Part shown: piece by piece, positions 27,060 through 43,143 of the stretch | Layout of the letters: the number at the start of each line of letters is the position of its first letter | Numbering within the stretch: position 1 is the first letter of the stretch | Source of the DNA: Octopus sinensis | Lineage: Eukaryota | Direction: 5' to 3' | DNA: 64,000 bases | NCBI RefSeq assembly: GCF_006345805.1 | Contig: NC_043001.1 | Span: 61,876,001-61,940,000 of the forward strand | Notes under the pieces: generated by a model | Told to the model about the DNA's origin: nothing | The model's database searches: none | Seen by the model: the letters and a program-made list of their open reading frames with translations, nothing else | Made by a program: the position numbers and the translations under genes

Positions 27060-28670
27060 TTACAGAGAACTGTAAAATCTAGACATTATAGAGGACTGTA
27101 AAAAGAAGACAAATCTCAATACAACTTGGATTAATTACCACAAATCATTCGACATTGTTCCACATTCATGGATGCTGAAATCTCTCCACACTATTAAAAC
27201 ATGTCAACTATGTAATGGCAAACTGGAAAACCAGTATAACACTGAAAAATGAATCGCATGTCAATAAAACCTGCTCCATACCCATAAGAGGAATTTTTTA
27301 TCCTCACTTTTTTTGTGTTTCTCCGACCCCCGTAACAAGCTTGTTGAATGATGCACTTGACAAACTACAAATCATCTCCTATACATAGATGACATAAAAG
27401 TTTTCACTAATAGTACCACAGAAGAGAAAAACCTTCTAAAAATTGTCCATAGTTTTAGCAAGGACATTGGGATAAACATGGGACTGGGCAAATGTACCAA
27501 AATGACATTGAGAAGAGACAAATTAATCAGCACTGTAAACACTGCACTCGACATAGACACAGAAATCAGAGAATTAGACCACAAACGCCCATACAAATAT
27601 CTAGGGAACAGACGAAACTGCTAAAATACAACACACAGAAACGAAAGAGAAAATTAGGAGAGAATATGACAAAAGAGTTAGACACTGAACTCAATGCTAA
27701 AAATACGATAATAGGGATAAACACGCTAGCCATTCAAGACATATATTACAGCCTCAACATAATAAACTAGAAGATCAGTGAATTGAGAAACTAAGATACA
27801 AAAACCAGAAATTTATTAACAGCAGACCGAAATCACTGCTTCAAAGCAGGCGCAAACAGAATATATATACCCCGCTCAGAAGGAGGTCGCGGCCTGATAC
27901 AGATGGAGAACTACTATAAAATAACAACAGGTGGACTAGAAAATTATTAAGAAACAAAAGTAGAAAACTACTTGATGTAATAAAGCAACACGTAAAAACG
28001 AAAACTCTTTTCTCTATACGCAAGGAGGCGACAGAAACAGAAACAGACTACGCTGATACAATGAGCTCAGATGACAACATATCAGAAAAAAAAAGACAAA
28101 ATATCATAAAAACAGAAATACAGAACATACTAAAGAAGAAATGGAAAGAAAAATTATTCCAAGGTCAATACCCTGCAAGGCTTGACAGAGAAGTGAGCCT
28201 AATTAAAAGCGAACAATGGCTCAAAAAGTTCTGGACTAAAAGCAGAAACGGAAGAACTGATTCTCGCTGCATAAGACCAATACCTGAACACAAACTGCTA
28301 TAAAATCAAAATAATGAAAGCAGGCCCAAACACCAAATGCAGAATGTGCAACCAGCACAATGAGACATTTGACCATATCACCTCTAGCTGCCAAGTCCTT
28401 GCCAAATCTGAATATATATACAAACATATCCACTGGACAATGTGCCAACACTAAAACATAAAAACTAACACGAGAGATATAAACATACGCCAAACAATGT
28501 ACATAACAACGATATGTATGTTCAAACTGGTAAGGAAATCAAAGCTTATCGTCCATACATAATAATCAAGGATTAGAAAAATACGACCTGCTTACGATAG
28601 ACATTGCAGTTCCTTCTGACCAAAATGTTTCCCAAAAAGAAGTGAAGTTGTCAAAGTACAAAGACGCACT
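27060..28670 (+). mobile_element. Degraded R4/Dong-type LINE (RT to REL)
   Basis: NHLLYIDDIK, INMGLGKC, NTLAI, RIYIPRSEGGRGL, QGQYP, AA*DQ, RPYIIIKD; interrupted at KYKD by the Tx1 element. Confidence 0.8.
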
Positions 28671-28671
28671 T

Positions 28672-31600
28672 TCCTGCCAGTAATCCTCTATAAGTAGCTA
28701 AAGTGGAACATCCACCGATCCTATCGCCTGAGTGGTAGAGAACAATGAGTGCCTGACGACATACTAAGTGCCATACGCCCAGTTTTGGTCTATCCTTCAC
28801 CCCGAACAGCAGCTCCGTGAAGGTGATGAGATGCGAAAATCCGTGCACACACGTTCACCTTGTAGAAATCGTTGCCGGTAGCGCAACCTGAAAGTATGCC
28901 TGCGCATCAGAAGTGACGCATGCCTAAACTGCAACTCAGAGGAAAATGGCAGCACATTGACCGCCTGACCATTAGAACGCGTCCCTTCTAAAAGGAGACA
29001 TTCCAACTTGATCAAACAATGATTGGACAAGGTACGACGGTCAGACGATAAATGATAACGGAGGCGATGTAGGCATTCGCCACCTCTGCTTGACCTTTCA
29101 AGGATAGCTTCCTCTTAGACTATTTCTGGGTAATACTGGCCAGCTTGTTCATCACCTCATCCCACACCAGACCACAAGCAGTTTAACTGATCCGTCATTC
29201 CAGTGCCCGACGACACCGTCTAATGGCATAGACCTGCCTCTCCAGGTGCCCAGGTGCAAGCCCACCGACTCCTCGGTATTAATTTTAGGCCCTGCAACCG
29301 ACTCATATTCTTCTAGAATGGAGCCGACCCTCTCCACTTCGGAGGTGTCCGGCACCATGACAGTGATGTCGTCCATGTATGCAGATACTGCTCTTCTAAG
29401 TCGCAGTTCGAAAGGGATGCTTCTCAATTGTTCCAGCTTCCACTGCAGTGGTCCGAGAGCCAGCACATACAGAAGAGGTGACAGCGGGAAGCCCTGATGG
29501 ACCGACCGTGTGATACTAAACGGTTCCGATAGATGGCCTTTTACTTTGACTACCGAGCAGGTGTCGCTGTGCATTGCAGCGATCCAGCCTCTGAAAACGC
29601 ATCCGAAATCGGCCGCTTTAAAAAAAGCATCCAGGTAGCAGAGTTATGGGCCGAAAATTACCTATTATGTCCCCACTGTCTGTGTCCTTCTTCAACAGTG
29701 TCACCACACCCCAACTAACAGTATTAGGGATTCTCCCGTTCTATTGCCAGTTGCGATAAACGTCTGCCAAGAAGTCGCCAAACAAATCTGGCAAAAATAT
29801 ATAGAATTCATAGAGCGGACCATCTAAACCTGGTGATTTGATCCTTGTGCAATCGCTCATCGCCTCTCGTATATCAGTGGCCGTCATCGCTTTTCGCAGG
29901 GCTTCGCGTCCGCTGCCGAGAGCCGCAGCAGGCCATCTAGGTACGAACTAAAATCTGTTACCGTTGTTGACAAATCACCCCTTCCAAACAGTTGTGCGAA
30001 GTGCTGCTGAAAAGCCGCACACATCTGCTTAGAACCATATAGCACGCGCCCATTCCTATCTGTCAAAGACGCGATTGTGGTTTTGTTGCCACGTCGAGTC
30101 TTCACCGTTCGAGTACATCGGACGGATTTAGTCTTCTTATGTTTAAGCGCATGGGCCTTAGCTCTGACAACGCAACCTTCGTGATTCGCCTCAAAGAAAT
30201 GGTCAAGAGCCATTCCCGGCGATAACACGTTAGACCCGATGCTTTTACTAGTTTGCTAAGTAGTTCTCACTCTAATCTGCTTCTTTCTCTTGCTAAGTCT
30301 TCGCTAAATGCTATTGATTCTGCTCTAATCGCCTTCTTCAGAGCGATCCACCACCGGTTGTTAACGATTGCCCCAGTCAACTAGTTCGCTAATCCAGTCC
30401 GTGTAGTTTTTGCTCGCCGGAAAGAAAGCCTTCAACTTCTAGTAACCTGTCCCTGCCAACGAGTCCTATCTAAATCGACTTTGCAGATCACAAATTTGTG
30501 GTTTATGTAGCCGACCAATTTGAATTTTGGATACCCTAAACTATCTTTTTCTGCTGACCTAACAAATATTCTATCTAGATACGATCTGGATGATCTATTG
30601 TGATTGCTCCATGTCAACACTGACACATCAGGGAAATCCAATCGATATCTGTCAGAAAGCTGGAAGTTTCTAAGCAGGCTTTCGTGGCTTTTATACTAAA
30701 CTCACACAGTCCTTCCGCGCGTCCAAAATACTATTTCAGTCCCCCAGTTGTACTAAAGTACAAGACGTTCCCAGGAATATTTCTAGACGCCTGCAGAAAT
30801 CTGGCCTCTCAGCCCTTGTCGGAGCATACACGGCCACCTTCACTGTCATTCACATCCAGGACCAGCAACTTACCGTCTGACTCTAAGAAGATTGCGCTTA
30901 CTTTGAGATCTAAGGATTTCCGGAATAACATTGCCACACTGTTCCAAGTCGAACCCAGGCCCTGAACATTTGCACAGCCTATTCTAAGTATAACCATTTA
31001 ACTTAGAGGAAAGAAAATGGAATTATGTACCTTGGTCTTCAGGGTTAACTGTTGACACTGTCTTCTTTTTGGTCGAGGGGGCAGTTCTAGGAAGTCTTTT
31101 TGCTGGGGAGTACTAACTAATCTCTCCAATATCCTGGGGGAACTTCCGTTCCAAATCAAGATATGTGTCCGTGTGTGTTCGGATTAACATCCTGTCCGGT
31201 GGAGTTCTTGGGAGGAGTTCCGCAAACCTTCTCCACTTGTAATGTTTTTGTTATTAATAACTTACTCAATCAATTCAATGTTGCTCTTCTGAACAACAGT
31301 GAAGTTGGTGAAGGAAGTATGTAACAGAGAATGTGACTGCTGGTCATTTTGTTTTTGGTTTTCTCTTTTTTTTAGTTGTGAATCTGTATGTAAAAATTTA
31401 TTGTCTCGTGATGAAGATGTTGATGTTGGTGTTGATTTATTTTTAATAAGAATTTTTTTACCGGCATGTCTTAGGACCTTCAATTTAGGCAAGTCTCTGT
31501 TTCATAAACAGTTTTTCTCTTATCTCCAATAAAGGCCTTTTGGTGCGATGTCTATGAGGACTTTGCTTTTGCGAGGCCTGAGTCGGAGGACTTGGTAGTA

Positions 31601-31930
31601 ACGGTGGAGGGCTTCGAGTTTTCTTCACCGCGGGGCAGAAGTCTTTGAGGTAGTTCGAAGTCGCACACACAAAACACTTCTTTTTTTCTCCTCCTATAGA
31701 AACTGGCATCTGTTCACATTCCTCGAAACAGAAAAAATCAGGAATGCGATTTATTTCCACTGGAGAAACTAGCATCTGGAATTCCATAAGAATTCTAGTC
31801 TAGTTGAGTTGTGGGATGGACTTCACCTCCACAATCTCACCATACTCTTCCAGAATGACTAAAACCTTTGCCGGATCACGGTGACCCGGCACGTTCTTGA
31901 CTCGAATTCGAGTCAAACTTTCACCATATA
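28672..31930 (-). mobile_element. Tx1-like LINE: ORF1 (Zn knuckle), AP-endonuclease, RT and C-terminal region, decayed
   Basis: KKCFVCATSNYLKDFC; CANVQGL; WSN..RSYLDRIF; PGLDGPLYE; HQGFPLSPLLYVLAL; SAYMDDITV. Confidence 0.85.
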
Positions 31931-32333
31931 ATGGGGAATCATTACAAAATCCTGATATGTGCAAGTTATAGTAGCCATTCTGCTGGCTTCTTGCTCACTG
32001 ATGCATATAGCAGCTACCATTACATATTGTTTGTGTATACATTTTGTATGTTTAATACTGAGGGCCACACATCTTCGAGGCATTTTTCAGTCTCTGCCGG
32101 AGTGGGAAATTTATGTTTCCTCTCCTTGCGAGAAACACATATAAATGCTCGCTTTTCGGACAAGTGTCCGTCTTTCGGAGGATCTTTTCTCCTCCTTACT
32201 AAGCCATATAACACGTGGTTTCATAATGTCACTCAATTATTACATCCCAAAAACGGATACAATTACACAAAATGTCACCACCTCGATCCAGACAATCCAA
32301 GCAAAATACTTAAATTCTTCACAGGCTGACGGC

Positions 32334-32408
<75 letters not shown>

Positions 32409-32411
<3 letters not shown>

Positions 32412-34217
32412 TGCTCAATGACGCACAGTACGGATATAAAATGTTGGATAAAAATATAAATCATCTCCTTTACATGGATGATTTAAAGCTCTTTGCAAAA
32501 AATGACCAACAACTCAAGGGCTTACTAACGATTGTTAAACAATTCAGCGATGACATCAGAATGCAATTTGGCCTCGATAAATGTGCAAAAGCTACTTTTA
32601 TCAAAGGAAAAATAACAGAAACATCTACCGTTTACCTCGACCAGCAGAATGTCATAAAAGAGTTAGACCCAGTGGAGAGCTACAAGTACCTAGAGGTAAT
32701 TGAAGGGGATGGAATAAGGCATTCAATGATGAAGGAAAGGATCAGGAGAGAATGTTATCGCAGAGTAAGAGCAATACTCAAGACAGAGCTGAGTGCAAGA
32801 AACAGGATCGAAGCGATCAATGCTTTAGTCATACCAGTTGTGACTTACAGTTTCAATATCGTTAACTGTTCAATTACTGAAATATGTAATCTTGACAGAA
32901 AAATACGAAAACTGTTGACAATGCATAGAATGCACCAACCTAAGCCAGATATAGATCGACTTTATCTACCAAGAAAAGAGGAAGGCCGTGGGCTTTTACA
33001 ACTGGCAATAACAATGAAGGTTGCTACAATTGGCCTAGACACCTACCTGAAAAACTCTGAGGACTGGATGTTAAAACTTGACTCAAAACATGTAAACAAG
33101 AAAGCATCATACTCAGAAACAAAACAGGCAAAGGAATATCTAAGTGAATTCCGAATACAACAAATTCTGGAATTAGACACACAAGAAACAAGCACAGAAA
33201 AGGCTAAGCGCATGAAAACCCGTGCTAAAACTGCTGCCTTAGATATTCTGAATGATAAATGGCAAGAAAAACCTCTCAATGGCAAATACCCAAAGAGAGC
33301 GAATAATGCAGATGTTGACAAAGCCCTGACCTATCAATGGCTAATGGCCTCTGGCTTAAAATCTGAAACAGAAGGGTTTATCATAGCAGCTCAAGATCAA
33401 TTCCTACCTACAAGGAACTACCAGACAAACATACTAAAGAACGGCAGTAGCCCAACATGTCGTGTATATCAACAACAAAATGAAACCATTGATCATGTTG
33501 TCTCCAAGTGCAATCTTCTTGCGCCTACAGAGTATCTCAACAGGCATGATAGAGCTGCACAATATATTCACTGGGTAATTTGCGGAAGCCTGGACTTGCC
33601 CCATGATAAAAACTGGTGGGAACACAAACCACATCCAGTGCTTGAAAATGACCACATCTCACTCCTCTGGAACTTCACCGTTCAAACTGACAGAAAGATA
33701 GATGTGAACAGGCCAGACATCATAGTAAAAGACTTCAGACAAAAAGCATGCCTCCTCATTGATATGACTGTCCCAATCGATATAAACGTATCTGTCAAGA
33801 CCTACCAAAAACTGAGCAAATATAAAGATCTGGAAATAGAAATCAGCAAAATGTGGAACCTGAAGACTAAAGCAATACCTGTTGTCATCGGTGCCCTGGG
33901 AATGATAGCAAAAGGGGCTGATTGCTACCTAACTCAGATACCAGGAAACCCCAAAATTGCAGAAATTCAAAAGATAGTGCTCATGGGAACTGCTCATATC
34001 CTACGCAAAATACTTTCTTTGAAATCTCAAGTTTTAAAACAAACATAATTTTCGTATGGTTTTTTTTAGGCATTCACTAGTACAACACTAAGTACAAAAC
34101 CAAATATATGGCACCCTAGGCATAACACCAACATGAACTTCCAACTTGTTGTCTGTTGAGATCTCTGGGTGAGACTTGGAGCCAGCTTGTGGAAATGTAA
34201 AGCAAAAGTCAAACATA

Positions 34218-34220
<3 letters not shown>
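32409..34220 (+). mobile_element. 5'-truncated young R4/Dong-type LINE flanked on both sides by (AAT)n
   Basis: Starts right after (AAT)n at 32335-32410 and ends in (AAT)n from 34219; contains the 545-aa ORF and a 3' UTR. Confidence 0.92.
32411..34048 (+). CDS. LINE ORF: RT C-half, CCHC and restriction-like endonuclease (545 aa, uninterrupted)
   Basis: NHLLYMDDLKLF, FGLDKC, RLYLPRKEEGRGL, SETEGFIIAAQDQ, ETIDHVVSKC, RHD, RPDIIV, KLSKYKDL, PVVIGALG; second Zn-knuckle Cys replaced by Tyr (CRVY). Confidence 0.9.
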
Positions 34221-34310
<90 letters not shown>

Positions 34311-34985
34311 GTCTTAGCACCAGTGGAGTATAAATTAAGACATGATAGAGTTGGTCAATATCTACACTGGCTAATAAGTCGGCATTACAATATCAAAACT
34401 GCCGACAAGTGGTATAATCACCACCCTGAGGCTGTAACTGAAGGAGAAAATGTAACCATTCTGTGGGACTTTCCAGTACATACAGACCGAACCATCAAGG
34501 CCAATAAACCAGATATTGTTGTGAAAGACCAAAACAATAAAGTTTGCTTATTGATCGACATGAGCATCCCCTGTGATCATAATATCTCAGCGAAAGAGTT
34601 TGACAAGCTCAGAAAATATAAAGACCTGCTCATTGAAATTGAGAAAATGTGGCATCTCAAGGCGGTTACAATACCAGTGATCGTAGGAGCACTAGGAATA
34701 ATCAAGAAGGGAACCGAAAATTATATGAGAATGATCCCTGGCTTACCATCCCTGCAAGAAGTGCAAAAGATTGTCTTAATTGGTACATCACACGTATTGA
34801 GAAGAGCATTGTCGATGTGAGAATTATTACTACCCATGTATTTTAATTTAAGTTTAAAAAAAAAATGAAAGAACTATTGAGTTTAGTTTAATGGCCTACC
34901 AATGTATACTATGAGTTTCTTTGCCCTAGGAGTCGGGAAGACACTCGGCAAGAAATGGAAGCAAATTTGAAAGAAGTAAAAAAAA

Positions 34986-34988
<3 letters not shown>
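34311..34988 (+). mobile_element. 5'-truncated Dong-type LINE, family B (REL domain plus 3' UTR) in (AAT)n
   Basis: ORF 34323-34820 with RHD, KPDIV, KLRKYKDL; (AAT)n on both sides. Confidence 0.9.
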
Positions 34989-35060
<72 letters not shown>

Positions 35061-35266
35061 TTCAGACAAATACATAACAAAAACACCAGGACTTACAAAC
35101 ACATATAACATACAGAAAATTGCACTACTAGGCACTGCACACATCCTACGCAGAACACTTTCCATACAATAACCATCAGAACATCACAACAAATCACAGC
35201 ACATACCCAAGGCATACAGAGCTGCGCTCGGTAGTGAAGTGAAAACACGCTATAAAAATAAAACTA

Positions 35267-35270
<4 letters not shown>
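35061..35270 (+). mobile_element. Dong-type LINE family C, extreme 3' end in (AAT)n
   Basis: NIQKIALLGTAHILRRTLS C-terminus plus UTR; shorter copy at 38371-38480. Confidence 0.75.
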
Positions 35271-35343
<73 letters not shown>

Positions 35344-35367
35344 TAATAATAATAATCCTTTCTATTA

Positions 35368-35733
35368 GACTGGTCTGCATGTTTTTTATTGGCTATATGG
35401 TATCTTTTTCTGAATATATATGAAAAATAATGAATCATTATGTTTTTTATTCATCTCTATCACATCAGGTTGTCCAGTTATACGGAGACGTTACTTGTCT
35501 CTTTTTGTATAACATATTATTCTTTTACTTGTTTCAGTCATCTGACTGCGGTCATGCTGGAGCACCGCCTTTAGTCGAGCAAATGGACCCCAGGACTTAT
35601 TCTTTGTAAGCCTAGTACTTATTCAATCGGTCAATTTTGCCGAACCACTAAGTTACGGGGTTGCAAACACACCAGCATCGGTTATCAAACGATGTTGGGG
35701 GAACAAACACAGACACACAAACATATACACACG

Positions 35734-35780
<47 letters not shown>

Positions 35781-37812
35781 TTATACATATATACAACGGG
35801 CTTCTTTTAGTTTCCGCCTACCAAATCCCCTCACAAGGCTTTGGTCGGCCCGAGGCTATAGTAGAAGACACTTGCCCAAGGTGCCACGCAGTGGGAATGA
35901 ATCCGGAACCATGTGGTTTGTAAGCAAGCTACTTACCACGATAAATTAAAATGCTTACCTTATATTGACTTAAATGTTAAATCTAATACATTTTTTCTTT
36001 ATTTTCAGTCTGTGGATATGCTTAGAGGCTGCATAAATTCACCAGATATATTCTGCTATGTCTCAGGGCAATTCACCCCTTCAGATTCCCGGAACAATAT
36101 TACTCCTTTGTTGAAGCGCTTCTATTTAGCTTATTTTGGTAAACCAGGGCAAGTCATTTTCACCTCACAAAGCTTGCAAGAGTTACATCAGTAAGCTTCA
36201 AATGTGGTCAGTTGGAAAACTTAAATGTATGCCCTTTGGAGTAATGATGGTATGGCGGGAGCAGATGAGCCACTATGATGACTGCTACTTTTGTATGACT
36301 AAAGTAACTGGATTCAACAAGACTAAAGATCGCATGATATACCCAAATATTCCTTCAGCAATAAATCCTGTTCCACACTCAGATGATATTCCTGTACTTG
36401 TGCCACCTGAGCCATGGGAAATTTCATAAGAGTCTGATACTAGTGATACTAGTGAGATGGAAGTAGACTATGACCCAACAAATGGCGATCCCAAATTCTT
36501 CAACCAAGTTGAGTTCAATGACTTGGTTAGAGACCTTAACCTTCCAAAAGAAAGTGCACATTTACTTGGCTCTAGACTGCAGGAACAAAAGCTTTTAGCT
36601 CCTGGAACAACATTCGCTTGCTACCGTCATTGTGAAGCGGAATTCATTCAGTTCTTTGAGAAAGAGGATTCTTTGGTTTTCTGTTCAAATATTTCTGGCC
36701 TTATTGAACACATGGGGATGTCGTACAAAGCAGATGAATGGAGGCTCTTCATTGATTCTTCTAACAGAACACAGCTGCATCCGTGCCGGTTGGCCATAGT
36801 GTCCAAATGCCAGAAACTTACGAAAATATGACTGTAATCAAGTACTGTAATCACAATTTTCTCATTTGCAGTGACTTAAAAGGTATTGCTCTCCTACTAG
36901 GTCTTCAAGGGGGATACACTAAGTATCCCTGTTTTCTGTGTTTTTGGAATAGTAGGGCAAACAGCCAGCGCTATGAACAAAAAGACTGGCCACCAAAAAC
37001 TAGCTTCTTACCCGGAAATCACAACGTGAAAGCTGTGCCACTAGTTGACCCCAAAAACATTCTGCTACCATCACTCAACACATAAGTGGGTCTTATCAAA
37101 AATTTTGCGAAGGCCCTGAACAAGAATGGAGCTGCTTTCAAGTCCCTGGAGTCAAAGTTTCCTCGTACAAGTGAAGGCAAGCTCAAAGCAGGAATCTTTG
37201 TTGGCCCTTATATTCGGGAATTGATGAAGGACAAGCATTTGGAGGAAGCATTAGCAGGTGTCGAAGTGAATACCTGGTTTTCCTTCTAGAAAATTGCCCA
37301 AAACTTCTTGGGAAACAGAGGCTTCCCAGAATGTGAAAAAATGATCCAAGACCTGATATCAAGTTTCCAACAACTTGGGTCTAGAATGAGTGAGAAAATT
37401 CCTTTTTTGCACTCGCATCTTGACTATTTTCCAAAGAATTGTGGGGACTATAGTGAGGAACAAGGAGAGCGGTTCCATCATGACATTTGCACCATGGAAA
37501 TCCGATACTAGGGCAAATGGAATGTCAGCATGATGGTGGATTACTGCTGGTCATTGAAACGTGAAGGTCCCGATGCACAGCACAAGCGGAAATCAAAGCG
37601 GTCCTCCTTCCTTTGAATCAACATATAGGCTAACCACTAGGAGCATATTTTTTACATTCATTTGGTTTGATGTTGATAATTCTGATTCATTTCATAATGA
37701 ACGTGGTTCATTTCATGTTGATTTGGAAAACATGTTCTTAAAACTAACAGAATGTGCTTTTCCTTGATTAATTGCTTCATTTTTATAAAGTAACGATTTA
37801 TTAGAAATTCAC

Positions 37813-37870
<58 letters not shown>

Positions 37871-38000
37871 TATTTTATTCAACATCCTTATGTGACAGAG
37901 CAAAATGGTTTAGATATTTATAATCAGCAACCCAAGAATATGTAACATCATATCCATGAATAAAAATTAAAATTTTTTAATTCCCAAATGCAGACCAGTG
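35368..38000 (+). mobile_element. Chapaev3-like (CMC superfamily) DNA transposon, both ends present, transposase decayed
   Basis: TIR (g)ACTGGTCTGCAT / ATGCAGACCAGTG, TTA duplicated at 35365-35367 and 38001-38003; transposase motifs CINSPDIFCYV, DDCYFCMT, WRLFIDSS, GYTKYPCFLCFW, HSHLDYFP, EEQGERFHHDI. Confidence 0.8.
35520..35938 (-). mobile_element. SINE family 1 inserted in the 5' part of the Chapaev3 element
   Basis: Reverse-complement family match lying between the left TIR and the transposase. Confidence 0.85.
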
Positions 38001-38200
38001 TTATTGGCACAAGGCCTGCAAAAAGGGGGAAGTAGGGATGAGTCGATTACATAGACACCAGTACTCAACAGGTACTTAATTTATTGACCCCCGGAGGATG
38101 AAAAGCGAAGTTGACCACGGCGGAATTTGAATCCAGAACGTAAAGACGGACGGAACGCCGCAAACCATTTTCACTGGCGTGCTAACGATTCTACCAGCTC
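38001..38200 (-). mobile_element. SINE-like family 2 copy whose tail was split by the Chapaev3 insertion
   Basis: Reverse complement of the 5043-5240 family; tail remnant cctttctatta at 35357-35367. Confidence 0.7.
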
Positions 38201-38239
38201 GCTGCCTTAATAGTAATAATAATAACAATAATAATAATG

Positions 38240-38315
<76 letters not shown>

Positions 38316-38370
38316 TAATAATAATAATAATAACAATAATAATAATAATAATAACAATAATAATAATAAC

Positions 38371-38480
38371 CATACAATAACCATCAGAGCATCACAACAA
38401 ATCACAGCACATACCCAAGGCACACAGAGCTGCGCTCGGTAGTGAAGTGAAAGCACGCTATAAAAATAGAACTACTGAAT
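38371..38480 (+). mobile_element. Dong-type family C 110-bp 3' terminus in (AAT)n
   Basis: Near-identical to 35163-35270. Confidence 0.8.
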
Positions 38481-38493
38481 AATAATAATAATA

Positions 38494-38629
<136 letters not shown>

Positions 38630-38635
38630 TGAATA

Positions 38636-39352
38636 ATGATTGAAACAGTGGACCACCTAATCTCTGGATGTAAAGTCTTAGCACCAGTGGAGTATAAATT
38701 AAGACATGATAGAGTTGATCAATATCTACACTGGCTAATAAGTCGGCATTACAATATCAAAACTGCCGACAAGTGGTATAATCACCACCCTGAGGCTGTA
38801 ACTGAAGGAGAAAATGTAACCATTCTGTGGGACTTTCCAGTACATACAGACCGAACCATCAAGGCCAATAAACCAGATATTGTTGTGAAAGACCAAAACA
38901 ATAAAGTTTGCTTATTGATCAACATGAGCATCCCCTGTGATCATAATATCTCAGCGAAAGAGTTTGACAAGCTCAGAAAATATAAAGACCTGCTCATTGA
39001 AATTGAGAAAATGTGGCATCTCAAGGCGGTTACAATACCAGTGATCGTAGGAGCACTAGGAATGATCAAGAAGGGAACCGAAAATTATATGAGAATGATC
39101 CCTGGCTTACCATCCCTGCAAGAAGTGCAAAAGATTGTCTTAATTGGTACATCACACGTATTGAGAAGAGCATCGTCGATGTGAGAATTATTACTACCCA
39201 TGTATTTTAATTTAAGTTAAAAAAAAAAATGAACGAACTATTGAGTTTAGTTTAATGGCCTACCAATGTATACTATGAGTTTCTTTGCCCTAGGAGTCGG
39301 GAAGACACTCGGCAAGAAATGGAAGCAAATTTGAAAGAATAAAAAAAAGTAA
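38636..39352 (+). mobile_element. 5'-truncated Dong-type LINE family B, second copy
   Basis: ORF 38636-39184; about 99% identical to 34311-34988 but about 40 bp longer at the 5' end. Confidence 0.9.
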
Positions 39353-39356
39353 TAAT

Positions 39357-41215
<1,859 letters not shown>

Positions 41216-41489
41216 ACCGGCTTCTATCCCCAGGTATTTATAAGATCCCAGGAGAACCGTCTCAGAGAAATCAAAATGATTGTGCAGGCAAGCACTTCCC
41301 ATATCTTTACGAAAATCCCTATCCATTTAAATGTCTGTGTTGTATTACATGAAGATATTTTGCTACTGCCCCTGCCACTTCCCCTCTCCAAGTTTTCAGG
41401 CATACTGTAACATCTCTTATCCTTCACTCGCCCTAGGACGCTGGGTGTGTCTTGGCAAGGTATTGTAACAAACATGCAGATTAAAAGTA

Positions 41490-41601
<112 letters not shown>

Positions 41602-41969
41602 GTTGTTGATGTTGTTGTTGTTGTTGTTGTTGTTGTTATGAAAGTGCTATCATGTACATTGTTTTGTAATGGCATAAAAGATTGTCTACGGCAAATATTC
41701 TGCTCAATACCACAGATTTGCGCGTCAGTTGTTTGACTTTAACCATTTGAATATGTCTCTTATGTGGCTGACGATATGTGCATCTCTGATCACGAGTAGA
41801 AGTAGCGAGGGAGCATTATAGCCATGTGTTGAGAGGAATTTTGCGGGGTTTGAATAATTCACCTCTGGAAACATGGATGGTTCGTTCAACAGCCTTAAAC
41901 AACCCTTATTCAGGGACATTTTGAGTGGGACGGGCTACTCGACCTGAAGAAAATTCTAACTGGGCCCCG

Positions 41970-42439
41970 CACTCAACACGGAGGCCTACATCAAGTGCCT
42001 AGTGGAGGTAGTGCTGCCCTGGGTCAAGAGGGTGGTTGCTGGAAGATCCTATGCCTGGCAACAGGACTCTGTACCTTGCCAAATAAGCAGGAGAACCCAG
42101 TCATAGCTATCAAACAATTTCTGCGACCATATCACCCCTAACGTCTGGACACCTAACTCCCCTGACTGCAAACCCTTGATTATGATGTGTGTGGTGCGGT
42201 TGAGCGAGAGACTAACAAAACTCCTTGTAACACCAAAGATGAAAGTATTATGGCAGCATTCACCGACTCCAGAAGAGTAGCAGGATATTTTGAAGTCGTC
42301 TGGAGACCATGGTTGAAGCCAATAGTGATTTTATTGAATAAATTTACTCTATAGTATTTCAAGATATTTTTATGTAATTTTGATAAATATATCTGTTAAA
42401 ATGGGTAATTTAGACGACAGTTTATTCACTGCACCCTCA
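41970..42439 (+). mobile_element. Tc1-like transposon 3' remnant with right TIR
   Basis: YAWQQDSVPC, WTPNSPDCKPLDYDV motifs; TIR-like cagtttattcactgcaccct. Confidence 0.75.
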
Positions 42440-42461
42440 ATATACATACACACACACACAA

Positions 42462-42498
<37 letters not shown>

Positions 42499-42506
42499 AT
42501 ATATAT

Positions 42507-42558
<52 letters not shown>

Positions 42559-43143
42559 ATAAATGTACACATACACACATTTCATTACATTTTTCTCTCT
42601 CCTAATCTCCGTTTCTCTTTCTTTCTTTCTCTCTTTCCCTCTCTCTCTCTCTCTCAGTCGCTTGACATGTATATACATTTTATTCCTTTACTATGTATCT
42701 ACACACACATACATACACACATGTTTGTGCGCATGCGCATTCCCAGCATGAGTATGCTATGCGTGTGTATACACGCACATTGTGGTTGTATGCTTACGTT
42801 TACGCTATATACAATACACTCTATTCTTCTAACACGTACGTTGTCATATTTTCAATTATATTGCTAAACTATAAAGAATTCTCACGTTAATTATAAATCT
42901 GATGCGCGGATGTTTTTCATTTATCTTTTCTTTTTTCCAGTGATCTACCGTTTTTGGATGTTTTGTTTGTGTTTCGCTTTACTTTGTCCTTTGATATAAT
43001 GGCAACACGCTTCAAGGTTGGCAATATTAACAACTGCACTAATTTTTTCTTGTCAAGCATCAAATTTTGCCTCTGGTTCATTGATGGAGTAACATCCCAC
43101 AACTACATGTACATATGCATTTATGTGTTCTACATATAGTATA

